From: Octopus vulgaris
Lineage: Eukaryota
Direction of reading: 5' to 3'
DNA: 64,000 bases
NCBI GenBank assembly: GCA_951406725.2
Contig: OX597818.1
Coordinates: forward strand, 9,920,001-9,984,000
Made by a program: the position numbers and the translations under genes. Positions 26,834 to 40,497 of this stretch are shown one piece after another (positions within the stretch are counted from its first letter, which is position 1; each line of letters starts with the position of its first letter). The notes beneath the pieces are model-generated. The model did no database searches. It was not told where the DNA came from and saw nothing but the letters and a program-made list of their open reading frames with translations.

Positions 26834-27168
26834 GTGAAAGCACATGGCTCAGTGGCTAGAGCGTCGAGCTTACGACCGTGAGGTTGTCAATTCGATTCCT
26901 GGACCGGGCTGCGTGTTGTGTTCTTGAGCAATACACTTTATTTCACGCTGCTCCAGTTAACTCAGCTGTAAAAATGGGTTGCGACATCACTGGTGCCAAG
27001 TTGCATCGGCCTTTGCCTTTCCCTTGGATCACATCAGTGGGGTGGAGAAGGGACGCTTGTATGCATGGGCGACTGCTGGCCTTCCACAAACAACATTGCC
27101 CGGACTTGTGCCTCGGAGGATAACTTTCTAGGTGCAATCCCATGGTCATTCATGACCGAAGGGGGTTT
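26834..27168 (+). mobile_element. tRNA-derived SINE family C (CORE-like central domain)
   Basis: A-box tggctcagtgg, B-box ttcgattcc, then tgtgttcttgagcaatacactttatttcacg..ctccag..actcagctg. Confidence 0.82.
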
Positions 27169-27625
27169 CCATATATATAAATTATAATATGAGTAAACTA
27201 CATGGTAGCCCCACATGCTAGAAGATGATGTCAAATGACTCCCAAACTACCTTATTTATTACATAGACACGGGCTGAAAGAAAGAGAAATCAACAAATTT
27301 TTTTTTTTATTTATAGCCATAGATCAATTGATTTCTAGTTCGGGGATATAACTCTTTTACTGTCATCAGTATGATATACTTCAGCGTACATAATTATAAA
27401 CATTTATATATACCACACGAACACAAACGTATCCCTAGTGCATCCACAAATGTTCATATTTATATACACAATTTAAATCTAAGATCTTTCATTTTATAAA
27501 AAAAATATATACTCTGTAATAATTTATACTTAATAGGTTTTACATGCTAGCTACCAGATAAAATATCCTTTATATTATATATATACATATATATATATAT
27601 ATAATAATATCAATAGATTATAATA

Positions 27626-27656
<31 letters not shown>

Positions 27657-27744
27657 TATATATTTTATATATATATGATATATAACTATTTATACAGTTA
27701 GATAAATATCGTATATATGCAAAAATGTGAATCAATTTTGTCAA

Positions 27745-27797
<53 letters not shown>

Positions 27798-28085
27798 ATA
27801 TAAAATATTAATTTAATCGCATATATATATACATATATATATGTATATATATAAATGTGTGTGTGTGTGTATTTATGTGTGTATGTATGTATGTATGTAT
27901 GTATGTATGTACGTATGTATGTATGTATGTATGTGTGTATGTATGTATGTATGTATGCATGTATGCATGAGGATATCTTGTTTATAATAATAAAAAAACT
28001 CAAAGGTAAAAAATTGTCAATTAATAAGTAAGGGTACTAACAAGTAGTACCGGCATGCTAAATATAGCAGTCAAATGGAATTTGC

Positions 28086-28121
<36 letters not shown>

Positions 28122-28124
<3 letters not shown>

Positions 28125-28972
28125 ACTAGCTGACGTACCCGGTTATTCCCGGGAAAGCGGGGCTTATCCCTTGGTTCCGTTCTCATAATTGTTTTGCTAA
28201 TCCAATAACAACAATACAAAGTATGTACCCTTAAAATGGTCTTCGTGCATTTACAGAGAATACCGAACTGTCTTACATAGGATCTTTTTTTTAGGAATTC
28301 CCAATAAGTTATGAATACCCAAATTGTGAAGTCAGATATGTAATAACATGAAATTAGTTACCCGATAGTAAGAATTCAGATAAAGTAGCCTTGAAAAGGG
28401 CTTTAATGCTTTCCCAGAAAATATAGAACTTAGGAAGAAATACAAATAACGTAAGAATACTAAAATTGTGAAGCATGTTACGTAATAACAGGCTAATCAT
28501 ATATGAGATAACAACAATTTAAAGTAAATAACTCTGAAATGAACATTTGTGCGTTTGCAGAGAATATTACACTTGTGTAGGTATATTCGTGAATAAGTCA
28601 CTAACCGAAATAAGTGAATCTATTGTTTAGGAAAATACTATTTACTTGTTTGAAGGATGTACTGAATAAATTGCGAAAATAACTCTAATGGTTCAAAAAC
28701 TAAGAAATAAGCATGCTCAATTTGATTTATACCCCAAAAATTTGGAAAATGAATGGGTTATTTCCCTTGGATTATTAAATAAAATATATTAGATATAAAT
28801 AAGTATCCCTTCCAGAGGCCCTGTTATCGATCTTTTCAACAATCTGCTATGAGGTTTCCAGACATGAGTTCTACTCACGTGTCAAGTTTCATCAAAATCG
28901 ATAAAACGATGTAGGAGGAGTTAGCTAACAACTCTACAAACACACCCACAGACAGAATTTACCACATATGTA

Positions 28973-28975
<3 letters not shown>
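28122..28975 (+). mobile_element. Non-autonomous Helitron/Helentron-like element with internal ~150-bp subrepeats
   Basis: Starts TCTACTAGC with cccgg/ccggg-type hairpin; ends aagtttcatcaaaatcg...acagacag; between two (TA)n tracts; subrepeats near 28234, 28394, 28537. Confidence 0.65.
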
Positions 28976-29040
<65 letters not shown>

Positions 29041-29042
<2 letters not shown>

Positions 29043-29630
29043 CAAAGTGGAGTTGTAGGGTACCGCACGAGTGGAATTATATACGAAAGAAGGTTTGAAA
29101 ATGCAATTTTAAAAGATGTTTATTTACTTTACCGGTTTCACTCTTTGGAAAAATATTGTCAAACGTAACATGTAGAAGTGTGATTGCGTTAATTATTGGT
29201 TGTTACAAATTGCTACATTACATATATACAGTCTTTGGTAACAGGGACATGTTAAGGACATAAAAAAGTTTAACAAGTTCCTTAAAATATTGGACACAAA
29301 AGATTACTACATAAATAATTATTCTCAAGGACATGCTTAAGATAGTTTCCAGAAGGAATTATTAAACAGTTCAGTGGGATATTGGTATTGGTATTGTATC
29401 TGTATATTCAAACACGCACAGAATATTGGTTGACACAGAGTACTACAATCCATATATATATACATTCTTTGGTGACAGGAGTATGTTGAGAACATAAAAA
29501 AGTTTAACAAGTTCATTGAAATATTGGGCACAAAAGATTACAACAAATATATTATACATTCTCAAGATAATTTCCAGAAGGAATTATTAGAAAGTCAGTA
29601 GAATATTGCTATACACGCACAGAATATTAT
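29041..29630 (-). mobile_element. Probable Penelope-type terminal fragment with decayed hammerhead and internal ~234-bp direct repeat
   Basis: Abuts (TA)n 28976-29040; minus strand UUACGU-UUGACAA...GAAACCGGUA-AAGUAA at ~29124-29169; diverged repeats 29227-29428 and 29461-29626. Confidence 0.5.
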
Positions 29631-32174
29631 GAGTTCAAAAAGGTTTACATTATAATAGTAGGGAAGCTAAAACTGACCTGTCCTGTCCACCATGTTAACG
29701 TAAAAGAATATTATCTATTTCCAGGGACACAGTAGGTGTGTTTGGGTGGGGGAAAGGAGGAGTAATGTGGAACTGAAAAGAATTTATCCTTTTTGTCTCT
29801 CCTTCAAGCATCAATGATTTAGGGGTCAGGATGGGGTGAGTGTGTGTGTCTTTGTGTGTGTCTTTGTGTGTGTGTATATACATATGTGGTGTGAATAGAT
29901 GTGTCTGTGTGTTTGTAAGATCTGGTAAGAATAAGTTCTTGTAAGAATAAGATCTTGTAAGAATAAGTCCTCGGGTAGATTTCTTCGACTAAAACCCTTT
30001 AAGTCTGTGCTCCAGCATGGCCGTAGTCAAATGGTTGAAATAAATGGAAGAATAAGAGAAAACAACGCGGACAGGTGCAAATATGGCCTTCTGATTGAGA
30101 AACTAGCTTCTTAACCATACGATTTCATGTTCCGGTTGTGTAAATATGTGTATGTATGTGTACGTGTTTGTTTTTGTGTGTGTGTATGTGTGTACTGTGT
30201 GTGCGTGCGTGTGTGTGTACCTGTGTATGTTTGTGTTTGCTTGTGTGTGTGTCTGTGTGTGTGTGCGTGTATGTGTGTGTGCATGTGAGTGTATGCGCGT
30301 CAGTAAGTGCGTATGTGGGTGTGCAGGTACGTCGTTGGGTTTAACTTACCATTGACATCCGATGATGTTATTTATATACCGCGGTACCCTGGCGATTCGG
30401 TAAAAGAAGGTCAGTATAATAAGTACTGGAGTCCTTTTGTTCGTTTTAACCCGTCATGGCGGTACCCAGCCATGGGCGCTGTCCACTTACTGGAACCAGT
30501 AAAATAGAGTCCTAATCGGAAAAATTACTCCCTGAAGAACATGAATTCTCTTATGTTTCATATAAATATAAAGATCACTAACGGGTAAATAGTCTCCGAC
30601 ATAGAAAAAAATGGATTGATAGTACAAGAATATCCTTACTGATGGATCATACAAACATTAACGATAAGAAATGCAGCAGCAGCAGAACGAAGCTTGTTTA
30701 AGACAACAGTAGATAAAAGACTGTAGAAACGAGAGTTGCAAGTAACGAAGCCCGTCTTTACCAAAATTGGATTTTACCAAAATACCGCAGTAGTTCTCTA
30801 TCTCCATTTCTCTTCTGAGTGCTTTGAGGCTTTTGACAAGAAAACACATGTGAATGGAAGTTACCCATGTAGTGTAATTGGATGGGAATCTTGTTATATA
30901 TGTTACGCAAATTAAATTGGGAAATTGTGAATAAAATTCTAATAAAATCCTAGAAAAATTAATTAAGAATACATTAAAGATATGGAAATTTATAAATAAC
31001 CTGTATTATTATATAAAGAATCAGATAAACCAAAATTACACAAATCTGGTAATTAAAGAATTTGATTGAATATCACGCACAAAAGAATTTTGCTAGTCGT
31101 ATGGATTAACAGAAGGGAAGATGTATTACAAAGGTATATACCACGACATGTCTACACATAAAATCATTGAGAATAAGATAAATCTTTCAGGTATTAGTAT
31201 CAAACATCATCAGGTAAATATATGTCACCTTCCAAATAAATGGTTGCTTTAGAATCTATAGAAACTGTGGCCTTGGAAACAAGAAAAGTCGATGCAAACA
31301 AGAAAAAACGAAATCACAGCATAAAAACACATACGAAATCAACTGAATATAGGACTACGATTAGGTACGACACACATATTTCATATAGCAATCTCAATAA
31401 ATTGTAAAGAAAAGAATATACGTAAATACACACAAAAGAAAGCAATTAGAATTTTTGTCGTTGCTACATTTATGTCTGGTTCTGACTCAAAGAAATTTGC
31501 TGGAGAAAACTTCGAATGGTTATAAATGCTATTTTCGAATTATAAACTATTTCCTGTAGATCGTTTATTTAAAACTATTTACATGGCACAATACCCAGCT
31601 GACGAACCTTCTAAAATTGCGCACGAACTCAACCAAGATATAGAAATCAGTATAGAACTAGACAAATGTGTCAATGCTAATATATAAGGAGGCAAATGAA
31701 CTAAAACTAAGAACGTTAAATTGGATCCAAACACTGAAATCTGAGAATTTGAATAGAGTCACCAATACAAACACTTGGGAAATGAAGGAGAAAATTAGAA
31801 ATGTTTGCTACAAAAGAAATCAGACTAATATTAAAAACAGAATGCAGTGCTATAAATAAGATAATACATAGAAATACACTAGCCATCCCAATTAGAAACT
31901 ACAAATTCAGAGTAATAAATTGAAAGTTGAGTTGATGAGTGTTGACAGGAAAACTAGAAAACTACTAATAGCCTTCCGAGCGGCAAACCTGGAAACGAAA
32001 GAGAAAGAAGATCACTGCACTGCGCAGAGAGAACTGGCTACATAAAACATGTCTAAGAGTGTGTCTCAATAGACACACACACACACATACACATATACAT
32101 ACACAGAAACACACACATATACATATACATGTGTGTGTGTGGGTGGGTGTGGGTGTGAGCATGCGTATACATAC

Positions 32175-33130
32175 GAAGAGATGCTGAAAAGTTACTGGCT
32201 TTAAGGGTATTGCGAACGTCCTGCTTGATAAAGGAGAAGTTCAATTTACAGGACAGGACTGAACCCTATCTCTCTAGAACTCCTAGAATCAACGTGAAAG
32301 GCTATAAGCCAAACTTCACCATTAATCCATTCGGCAGACAGACATGCCCCTCCAAATCAGACTTAGGCAGAATTAGTAAGAATATCATGGATAAATACTC
32401 ACCCAAACTAAGAGATACAATTAAACGGAACTTGTGGAGCTTTTCTTACGAAGTAATATATTGATTCACTGATATTAGGGATAAAAAATACAACAAATTC
32501 TTAAAATGTTCTTCTCAACAAATCTCTAATATTTGCAATAAGAATAATCTTATTTATTCAAATAAGAAGTAGACATCGTATTTAAGGGCTAGAAAATCTA
32601 TTATTGAATTCGAGGAAAAATATTGGGTAAGAAAAGCCAGTTCTGATCAGTACAACATTACCATGATGTCCAGCTATTCTGCACAGGTAATGGACATAGT
32701 ATGTATTTGTACCCTAACATGTATAAATGATGAATTTCTGCTAAAGGATTATATAGGGATGACGCTCTATTTACAATATATAAATCTATCAATGTCAATA
32801 TGGAAAAATATAGGAAAAAGCTATTCAAATTTTTCAAAGGTCTATGCTTATCTGTCTCCATTGAGGAAGAACATAGTAAATAAACATCGCTACCTTGAAT
32901 TTGAATACTAGCGAATATCAACCATACCACAAGTCCAATGATAACCTCAAATATATTAGCTTTAGCTCTAATCACGCCCAAAATATCACCGGATCTATAG
33001 TCAAAACTATTTCGATCCGCATGTCTTAACTATCTGCGAATGAGGATATCTTTAGGAGAAATGAAAACTATTATGATAATGCTCTGAAAGAAACAGGATA
33101 TTAGGATAGGTTAGTATATATCCCCAGGAA
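32175..33130 (+). mobile_element. Penelope-like element reverse transcriptase remnant
   Basis: VKGYKPNF..NP...PSKSDLGRISKNIMDK..LR...NLW..VIY*F..I.DK, catalytic GLYRDDAL at ~32747-32770, LSANEDIF...YYDNALKETGY thumb region; frameshifted. Confidence 0.82.
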
Positions 33131-33429
33131 GGAAATAAAAGAAAATATGAATATGAACAGGATCCAGAACCTATCAGTTACCGATAACATGAATAATGCA
33201 ACAACGTTTGGAATGACTACAGTAAAAATAGTTGCATAATAGATGGGGATACTAATATAGACAATACTAATATAGGCAAACGCGATAAAAAAAAGTGCAG
33301 TTAAAACCCCTGTCCAAACTAATAATCTATACAAAACTGACATGCACCAAAAATAAGAGCAAACCCAACCCCATCCCACTAATGGAAAAATATAATTCTT
33401 TCTAATTTTAGTAGTGGTAGGCAAACCAA

Positions 33430-33935
33430 GTACATTGCCCCTGTACTTGACAGGTGCTTAGTTTTATCAGCTCCTAAATGAAGAAAGTTAACATGGGTGG
33501 CATTTGTACACACAACGTAAAACATCAGAAGAAATGCCGCTAAATATTTGTTCGACGCGCTAATGATTCTTTCGTCTTATAATGAGCAATTTTAGAGAAG
33601 GAAATACGCCGACTACATCGGCCCAAGTGTTCGACTGGTTTTTATTTTATCGAGTTAGAAAGGAAGAAAGGTAAAGTCGAGCACAGCATGATTTGAACAC
33701 GGAACGTAAAGAGCCGAAAGAAATGTCGCTAAGCATGTTGTCCAGGTCTCCGCCATATCCCATCTTCATGAAAAGGATAAATCTTTATAATTTTCCCCCA
33801 ATTTTAAAGGAAGCCAGGGGACAAGTCAATTACAACGAGTACAGCACTTGACTTTTTTTGACGAGCATAGTACAACACTTGAACTCAGGGTTTGAACTCA
33901 GAATGTAAAACGTCAGAAGCTATGCCTGTAAGCAT
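33430..33935 (-). mobile_element. Cluster of about three decayed family A SINEs
   Basis: Repeated aaagtcga..atttgaac..aacgtaaa..gaaatg.cgctaa motifs. Confidence 0.65.
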
Positions 33936-34129
33936 TGTCTCTGTGAAAACCACGACAAACTTGCAAAATACAAAAATCTAAGAAACGATATTAGCAGAAT
34001 TGGTAAGTGAAAACATGAACATGTTACTATCGGTGGTGGTCGGAAACAGTATTTACTGAGACATATTGTTGTTAACGATGACTCCCACTTTTGATCAGTC
34101 TATTATTCCTACACGTATAGAACTAAAGG

Positions 34130-34815
34130 TACTTTTGTGCCTTTTACGTTTATCTCAAGCAGATAGTCTCACTGTTCCCCTACCAGGCTAGACATTTATG
34201 GAAGTTATCCATACTCTCCGGCTTCAACCATCTACTGGGGCACACTAACCAGCAAGATTCTCGTCGAAACCCAGAGTTTCATGAAGAACGCCGACGCTCT
34301 TGTACATGACAAGTCCAAGTCTTTATAGAACACAAGCGCGAATGTTCGACAGGCCATATTATCCGAATGGTAGTTATTTGCGAGCGCCTGGAAACATGCC
34401 AACCATTAGATCCCTAGTCTTGGTCATAAGATGGAAGAAGTTTTAAATGACAAATGTATCCGCGTTAACTCAACGTTCAGCAGTCACTGAAGAAGGTTCT
34501 ACCTGAACTTGCAGAAGGTATTGGTAGCAGTTGGACTACTTGATTGTGGAATACATTCCCCTGAAAGAAGCATGAAGAGTTGCTTCTATCCTGTCTGATG
34601 AAAACCGGGGCAAGCCAGGATGGCTAGGTGCTAACGTATTGATATAAGGGTGATCAGGTATCCGTTTACCATCCTGGCCCAACATTTCGAGGAAAGTTCC
34701 TTCTCAGCCTATTTCTGCGTGAAAAGGATCAACCTTGTTGACCTTGCCGTCCTCTTGGAAGTCCATTTTGAAGCGGTTCACATGCGATTTAACAAAGTCA
34801 ACTGGTGACCTGTAC
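34130..34815 (-). mobile_element. Decayed L1/Tx1-clade LINE, post-RT region
   Basis: GC-richer block; minus-strand remnant EKELSSKCWARMVNGYLITLISIR..ILACP resembles Tx1-type W..R.LSL.GRA.V.N.YI...YRL..LPCP. Confidence 0.55.
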
Positions 34816-35372
34816 CAAAGCACTACAAAGAGGGATGTGCACATATATATATATATACGAATGTGTGCGTACGTGTGTACATATGTGTGTGTGTCCGCGT
34901 GTGTATGTTAGCGTTTATGTGTGTGTGCCTGTGTGTGTGCGTGTGGTAAAACCTTTGATACATTATTAAATATTTGAAAAATGAACATAATAAACATTTT
35001 TCTCATATATGTATGTGTGTGTGTCTGTGTATGTGTGTGCATGTGTATGTGTGTGTATGTGTACGTGTGTTTGTCTGTGAGTGTGGTTGTCTGTGTATGT
35101 GTATGTATGTGTACATGTGTTTGTTTATGAGTGTGTGGTTGTCTGTGTATTTGTATGTATGTGTACGTGTGTTTGCCTCTGTGTTTGTGTGTGATCTTTT
35201 GTGTATGCATGTATGTATGTGTACGTGGTGTGTGTATGTGTGTTTGTATATATGTATGAATGTATGTATGGAAGTATGTACAAATGTATACATGTATTGA
35301 TGTAATGTACACGAAAAACGGATAAAGATGAAGGAATAGAAAAGGATTAAGAGAGCGAGAGAGAGAGGGGGG

Positions 35373-35415
<43 letters not shown>

Positions 35416-35571
35416 GAGAGAGAGAACACCTGCGTATGAATCAGTAATAGTTTTACATCAGATTTTTCAGTCCGGCAAATGTTAGTCAGTACGAAGTTCA
35501 AGTGAATTTACTGCTACGTCTACTGCCAGTGGAGATGATGATGACGATGATGATGATGATGATGACGATGA

Positions 35572-35605
<34 letters not shown>

Positions 35606-36127
35606 GGTGGTGGTGGTGGTGGTGGTGGTGGTGGTGGTGGTGGTGGTAATTGTGGTGGTGGTGGTGGTGGTACTGGTAGAGCCGGTGGTGGTGATGATGA
35701 TTTGTATAAAAAAAGCTAATGTTACTCTCGCAGTTTAATGTATGTAAATTAATAGCGATTCAACAAATGTATTCTCTTGAGAATCACCTTACAGACTTTG
35801 TAATACGGCCAATCACGTTTGACCTGATAGCAGCACTCATCTTTCAAACATGACCTTAAAAACCTATGTAATATCGCAACTGTATGCCGCTTAAGATATC
35901 TGTAGTGAAAAGCATACAGACGGAATATTTCGTCTAGAAGTGTACGTTGCTGGAATATTAAGTATATGTGTTTATATGTTCAAAGAATTGCAATGTATTT
36001 CTGTGTTTCTCGCTTTCCGTTTTTTTTTTTTTTTTGTTGGCTCTACATTGTTGGTAGGCCTGATAAAAATAATAACCAAATCTCACCTCAAATCAAACAC
36101 AGTACCATCGATATATAGTTATACTAA

Positions 36128-36535
36128 GGCGGCGAGCTGGCAGAAACGTTAGCACGCCGGGCGAAATGCTTAGCGGTATTTCGTCTGCCGCTACGTTCTG
36201 AGTTCAAATTCCGCCGAGGTCGACTTTGACTTTCATCCTTATGGGGTCGATAAATTAAGTACCTGTTACGCACTGAGGTTGATGTAATCGACTTAATCCC
36301 TTTGTCTGTCCTTGTTTGTCCCCTCTGTGTTTAGCCCCTTGTGGGTAATAAAGAAATAAGGAACGTTAGCACGCTGGGCGAAATGCTCTACGTTCTGAGT
36401 TCAAATTCCGCCGAGGTCGATTTTGCCTTCCATACTTTCGGGGTCGATAAATTAAGTACCAGTGAAACACTAGGGTTGATCTAATCGACTGGCCGCCTCC
36501 CCAAAAATTTCGAGCCTTGTGCCTAGAGTAGAAAA
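36128..36535 (+). mobile_element. Two tandem tRNA-derived SINEs, family A (best-preserved copies)
   Basis: Head ggcggcgagctggcagaaacgttagc, B-box gagttcaaattcc, central gccgaggtcgactttgcctttcatcc..ggggtcgataaattaagtacc; copies 36128-36358 and 36361-36535. Confidence 0.9.
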
Positions 36536-38849
36536 TAATTTATAGATATACAGTAACACGAAAATATACGCATTATTGACAAATGCACACATCTACACAA
36601 ACAAACACACCGATTTTTATGAATATATATATATTTTGGAGTATACAAATGTCAACCACTTAGGTAGTGGCTTAAAATTCTATAGATAGCAAGCAAAATT
36701 CTCTCGAATTGCTCGCCGGAGCATATTATCATTATCATCACCTAATTCACAACTGGAGCACCTTTGATCATAGGTATGCATCAGAAACAGAACCTTTTCG
36801 CAACAATTAATGGCCTAACGTCGTAGCCATCGCTGAGACTGATTGAAATACCAGCCAAATGACCCTTTTATCACGCACTCAGGAAATCTTATAAAAGCAC
36901 AAATTACTCATGACTGAAACAGCTTCTATCATGTTTAATATTGCTATGTAACCTCGAAGTAAACAACAATAACAGCAAAAATACATTGCACATATCATAG
37001 GCGAATGCGTGGTTGTGTGGTAAGAAGCTTGCCTCCCAATCATATGGTTCCGGGTTCAGTCCTTAGTGGGGAGAGGGAAGTTGGGGGACCTGGCAGCAAA
37101 ACGAAAGAGAAGAGAACAATATCTTAAACAGCGTTTACTCCGGTATACAATTGTCTAAAATCTGATGTTAACAGGTTATGTAAAGGATAGAGAAAGGAAA
37201 GGAATGTCGAAAAATAGGAAAAAAATAGGAATAAAACACATAGAGGATATACGACGTGCATCGATATTTTCTATCTTTTTTTATATATTCGTCGAAGTCC
37301 CTTGGCTGAAGTTAAGGCGAAACAACCGTCGTGTTGATGATGCCTACTGAGGTAGAAACATGCTTTCCTGACTATCCTCTTTTCTCCGGACAACAATCCT
37401 ATCGCTTTCTTTAAAGGGGTGCAATTTTGACATATTCTTGCGTCTTGAGATTGTCTCACCTTCTCACATGGACTAGTCCCAATCACAATTTGGTAATTAT
37501 GATGTCGCTATGGAGGCAGACATAATTCTAATAAATTACGAATTATGTTGTAAGGTATTTGATGTAAAAGTATTTGCTAAGTTGTTCAAATTAATGCTAC
37601 TAGCTGCTTTGAGACAATTCTCTAAACTCATTTTCATGACATTTGATACTTACTGGCGGTGCCACAGCATGGCCGCAGCCTCCAGGTTGAAATATATAAA
37701 AGAATAAAAGAATAAGTGTTTGTGTATAAACGCATACAAACATATACATTCAAACACACAGACATACACATTTTTTCACAGAGAGAGAATGAGTGATAGA
37801 TGAGGATATCATTATATTCAAAACCCAATGCCAGATACGCTATCTTTAAGATAGCGTGTCCGTGCTAATATAAATGGGCGTGTGTGTGTTTATTAACACA
37901 TATGTACACGTACACACATACTGACATATATATGCATATACACAGTGAATGTACAAAAGTGTAAACCTCGTGATGAAGTGAATCATCAACTTTGAACGAA
38001 TATATCTGTACACCACTATTAAGTGATTACTTTTCTACCAAATGTATATATTACATATATATAAGCACATATGTATAAAATATATATACATTTTTGTAAA
38101 TACGTGAGCCTCTGTTTGCATGTATGTATCTATACATGTATGTATGTATGTATGTATGTATGTATGTATGTATGTATGTATGTATGTATGTATGTATGTA
38201 TGTATGTATTATGTATGTATGTATCTATCTACCTATCTATCTATCTATGTATGTGTGTATTTCTATGGGTGTATGGTAGGGATATGTAAGAGGCAATAGT
38301 ATTGCATGTTATTGAAGAAAGGTGGGAAGGAAATATGATGATGCATAAATACGTTGTATGAATAACGGATAAATAAATGTAGAAAAAGAAATAGAAGTTT
38401 GAAGAATATGTTCCTTTGATCGCGTTATCGTGTGTCTCTGTCACCTGGCTATCTACATTGATGTGAAAAGAAACATACAAGCAATGGGTAATTAAACTAA
38501 GAACATAGCAGTATGGAATACGAAGTCTGAGTTAATTATTCACAAGAATTCTTATGAATAGTGATAGGGAATTACTTGAATGTGAAACAAAAACAGACGG
38601 GAAAAAATAAAAAAATAATAATAATCCAACCTGTTAATGATACTTGTAGGAAAACAACTAAAAATATAGAAATATAGAAATGATTAGATGAATAAATGTG
38701 GAAATATATAAATAAATAGAAGTAAATATAAATAAAGGGAAAAAAACGGAATCTGACTAAGACGTGTGTAGGCTAATGGGGAATGAGAGAAAGATGAGTA
38801 GAGACGAAGCGTTCCTTACTATTATAAACGTTGGAAGAACTGGGCTGAT

Positions 38850-39031
38850 GAGGGTGATGATGATGATGAGGAGGAGGAGGAGGAGGAAGAAAAGGAGTGG
38901 AAAAAGAGGAGTAGAGAGAAGTGAAGGAGGAAGAGAAGGTGGAGGAGTGAAAGAAAGGGTGAATTTGATGATGAAAATGATGTCTATGGTGAGGATGATG
39001 TATGCTGTTGTTGTTCTGGTTGTCCTTGTCG

Positions 39032-39095
<64 letters not shown>

Positions 39096-39105
39096 CATTA
39101 TTATT

Positions 39106-39143
<38 letters not shown>

Positions 39144-39500
39144 AATTGCGCTAATTGGAATAATGATGATGATTAATGTGGATATGATTACGCTGAGGAG
39201 GTGGGGGAGGAGAAAGGACTGGAAGAGGAGATGGGTGACAGTAAGGACGATGATGATGACAGTAAAGAAGACGATGGGGAGATGGAGAGGGGGTGAAGGA
39301 GGAGGGGAGGCGGAGTGGGGAGGAGGGGGAGGCGGAGTGGGGAGGATGAATGGAGAAGAGGAGGAGGAGGTGGAATGGAGAAGAGGAGGAGGAGGAATGG
39401 AAAAGAGGAGGAGGAGAATAATGTTAAAGGTGATACTAATGATGCTACTCGTGATGCTAACGATTAGAATTATTATGATGATAGAGGATGATAAAGGAAT
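38850..39500. repeat. Low-complexity tract of (GAG/GAT)n, (ATT)n and (CAT)n
   Basis: Direct reading. Confidence 0.9.
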
Positions 39501-39589
39501 TCATAATCATGAAACTAATGATGATCAAAAACAAAGATAGTAATAATAAATTCTAACTAAGAAACAACGAAACACATTTGGAAGATTTC

Positions 39590-40429
39590 ATTTAAATCAG
39601 TCTCGGTATTTGATGGGTTTATTACTTCCTCGGCCTTAGGAGAATGAAAGCTGAAGATGACAGCCGTGGATTTTGAACTCAGAATGTAAAAACGTCAGGA
39701 AAATATACCATAGCGTATTTTGTCCGACATTTTACGATTCTATCTGCCCATTGCAATTCGTTAATAATAATAATTTTTCCTAGTAAAGGCACAAGGCCTG
39801 AATTTTGAGGGTGGGGGCTAGTCGATCGCAGCGACCCCACTGCGTAACTGGTACTTATTTTATCGACTCCCGATAGATGAAAGACAAAGTCGAGATCGCT
39901 GGAATTTGAACTCACAACATAAAGACAGACGAAATGCTTCTAAACATTTTGTCTGTCGTGCTAACGATTTGGCCAGCCCGCCGTTATAGTAATAACAATA
40001 ATAATGGCCATTTCAGTGGAGAGGAATAAAGCCAGCCATTTCAGTGGAGGGGAAAAATTGATTACATTAACCCCAGTACTTGTCTGGTACTTCTTTAATC
40101 GACTCCGAAAGGATGAAAGACAAACTCGACCTCGGCAGAATTTGAACGCAGAATGTAAAGATGGACGAAATGCCGCGAGACATTTTCTCTTGCGTGATGA
40201 CAAATCTGCTTGTTCACCGCATTAATAATTCTGGTAATCCTTTCTATAGAGGTGGGAGGGCATTAGTTAATTACGTCGATCCCAGTGATTAACTGTTTCC
40301 TGTTTCATCAACATCGAAGGATGAAAGGCTAAGTCGACTTCGGCGGGATTTGAACCCAGAATGTAAAGACAGACGAAATACTGCCAAGCATACCATCCGG
40401 TGTACAGAAGTTTTTACTAACTCACCACC

Positions 40430-40430
<1 letters not shown>
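39590..40430 (-). mobile_element. Four head-to-tail family A SINEs
   Basis: Four successive reverse-complement cores (~39590, 39780, 40010, 40235) separated by short (AAT)n. Confidence 0.85.

Positions 40431-40497
<67 letters not shown>

Noticed and set aside
26834-26910. tRNA gene
   Set aside because: tRNA-like head continues into a SINE body; no intact cloverleaf; same for 18650-18723 and 26612-26680
37333-37362. Hammerhead-like UUGAUGA-UGCC..GGUA-GAAACAUGC
   Set aside because: No UH cleavage site or stem I pairing; not next to a TA tract
38764-39540. 258-aa ORF
   Set aside because: Composed entirely of simple repeats
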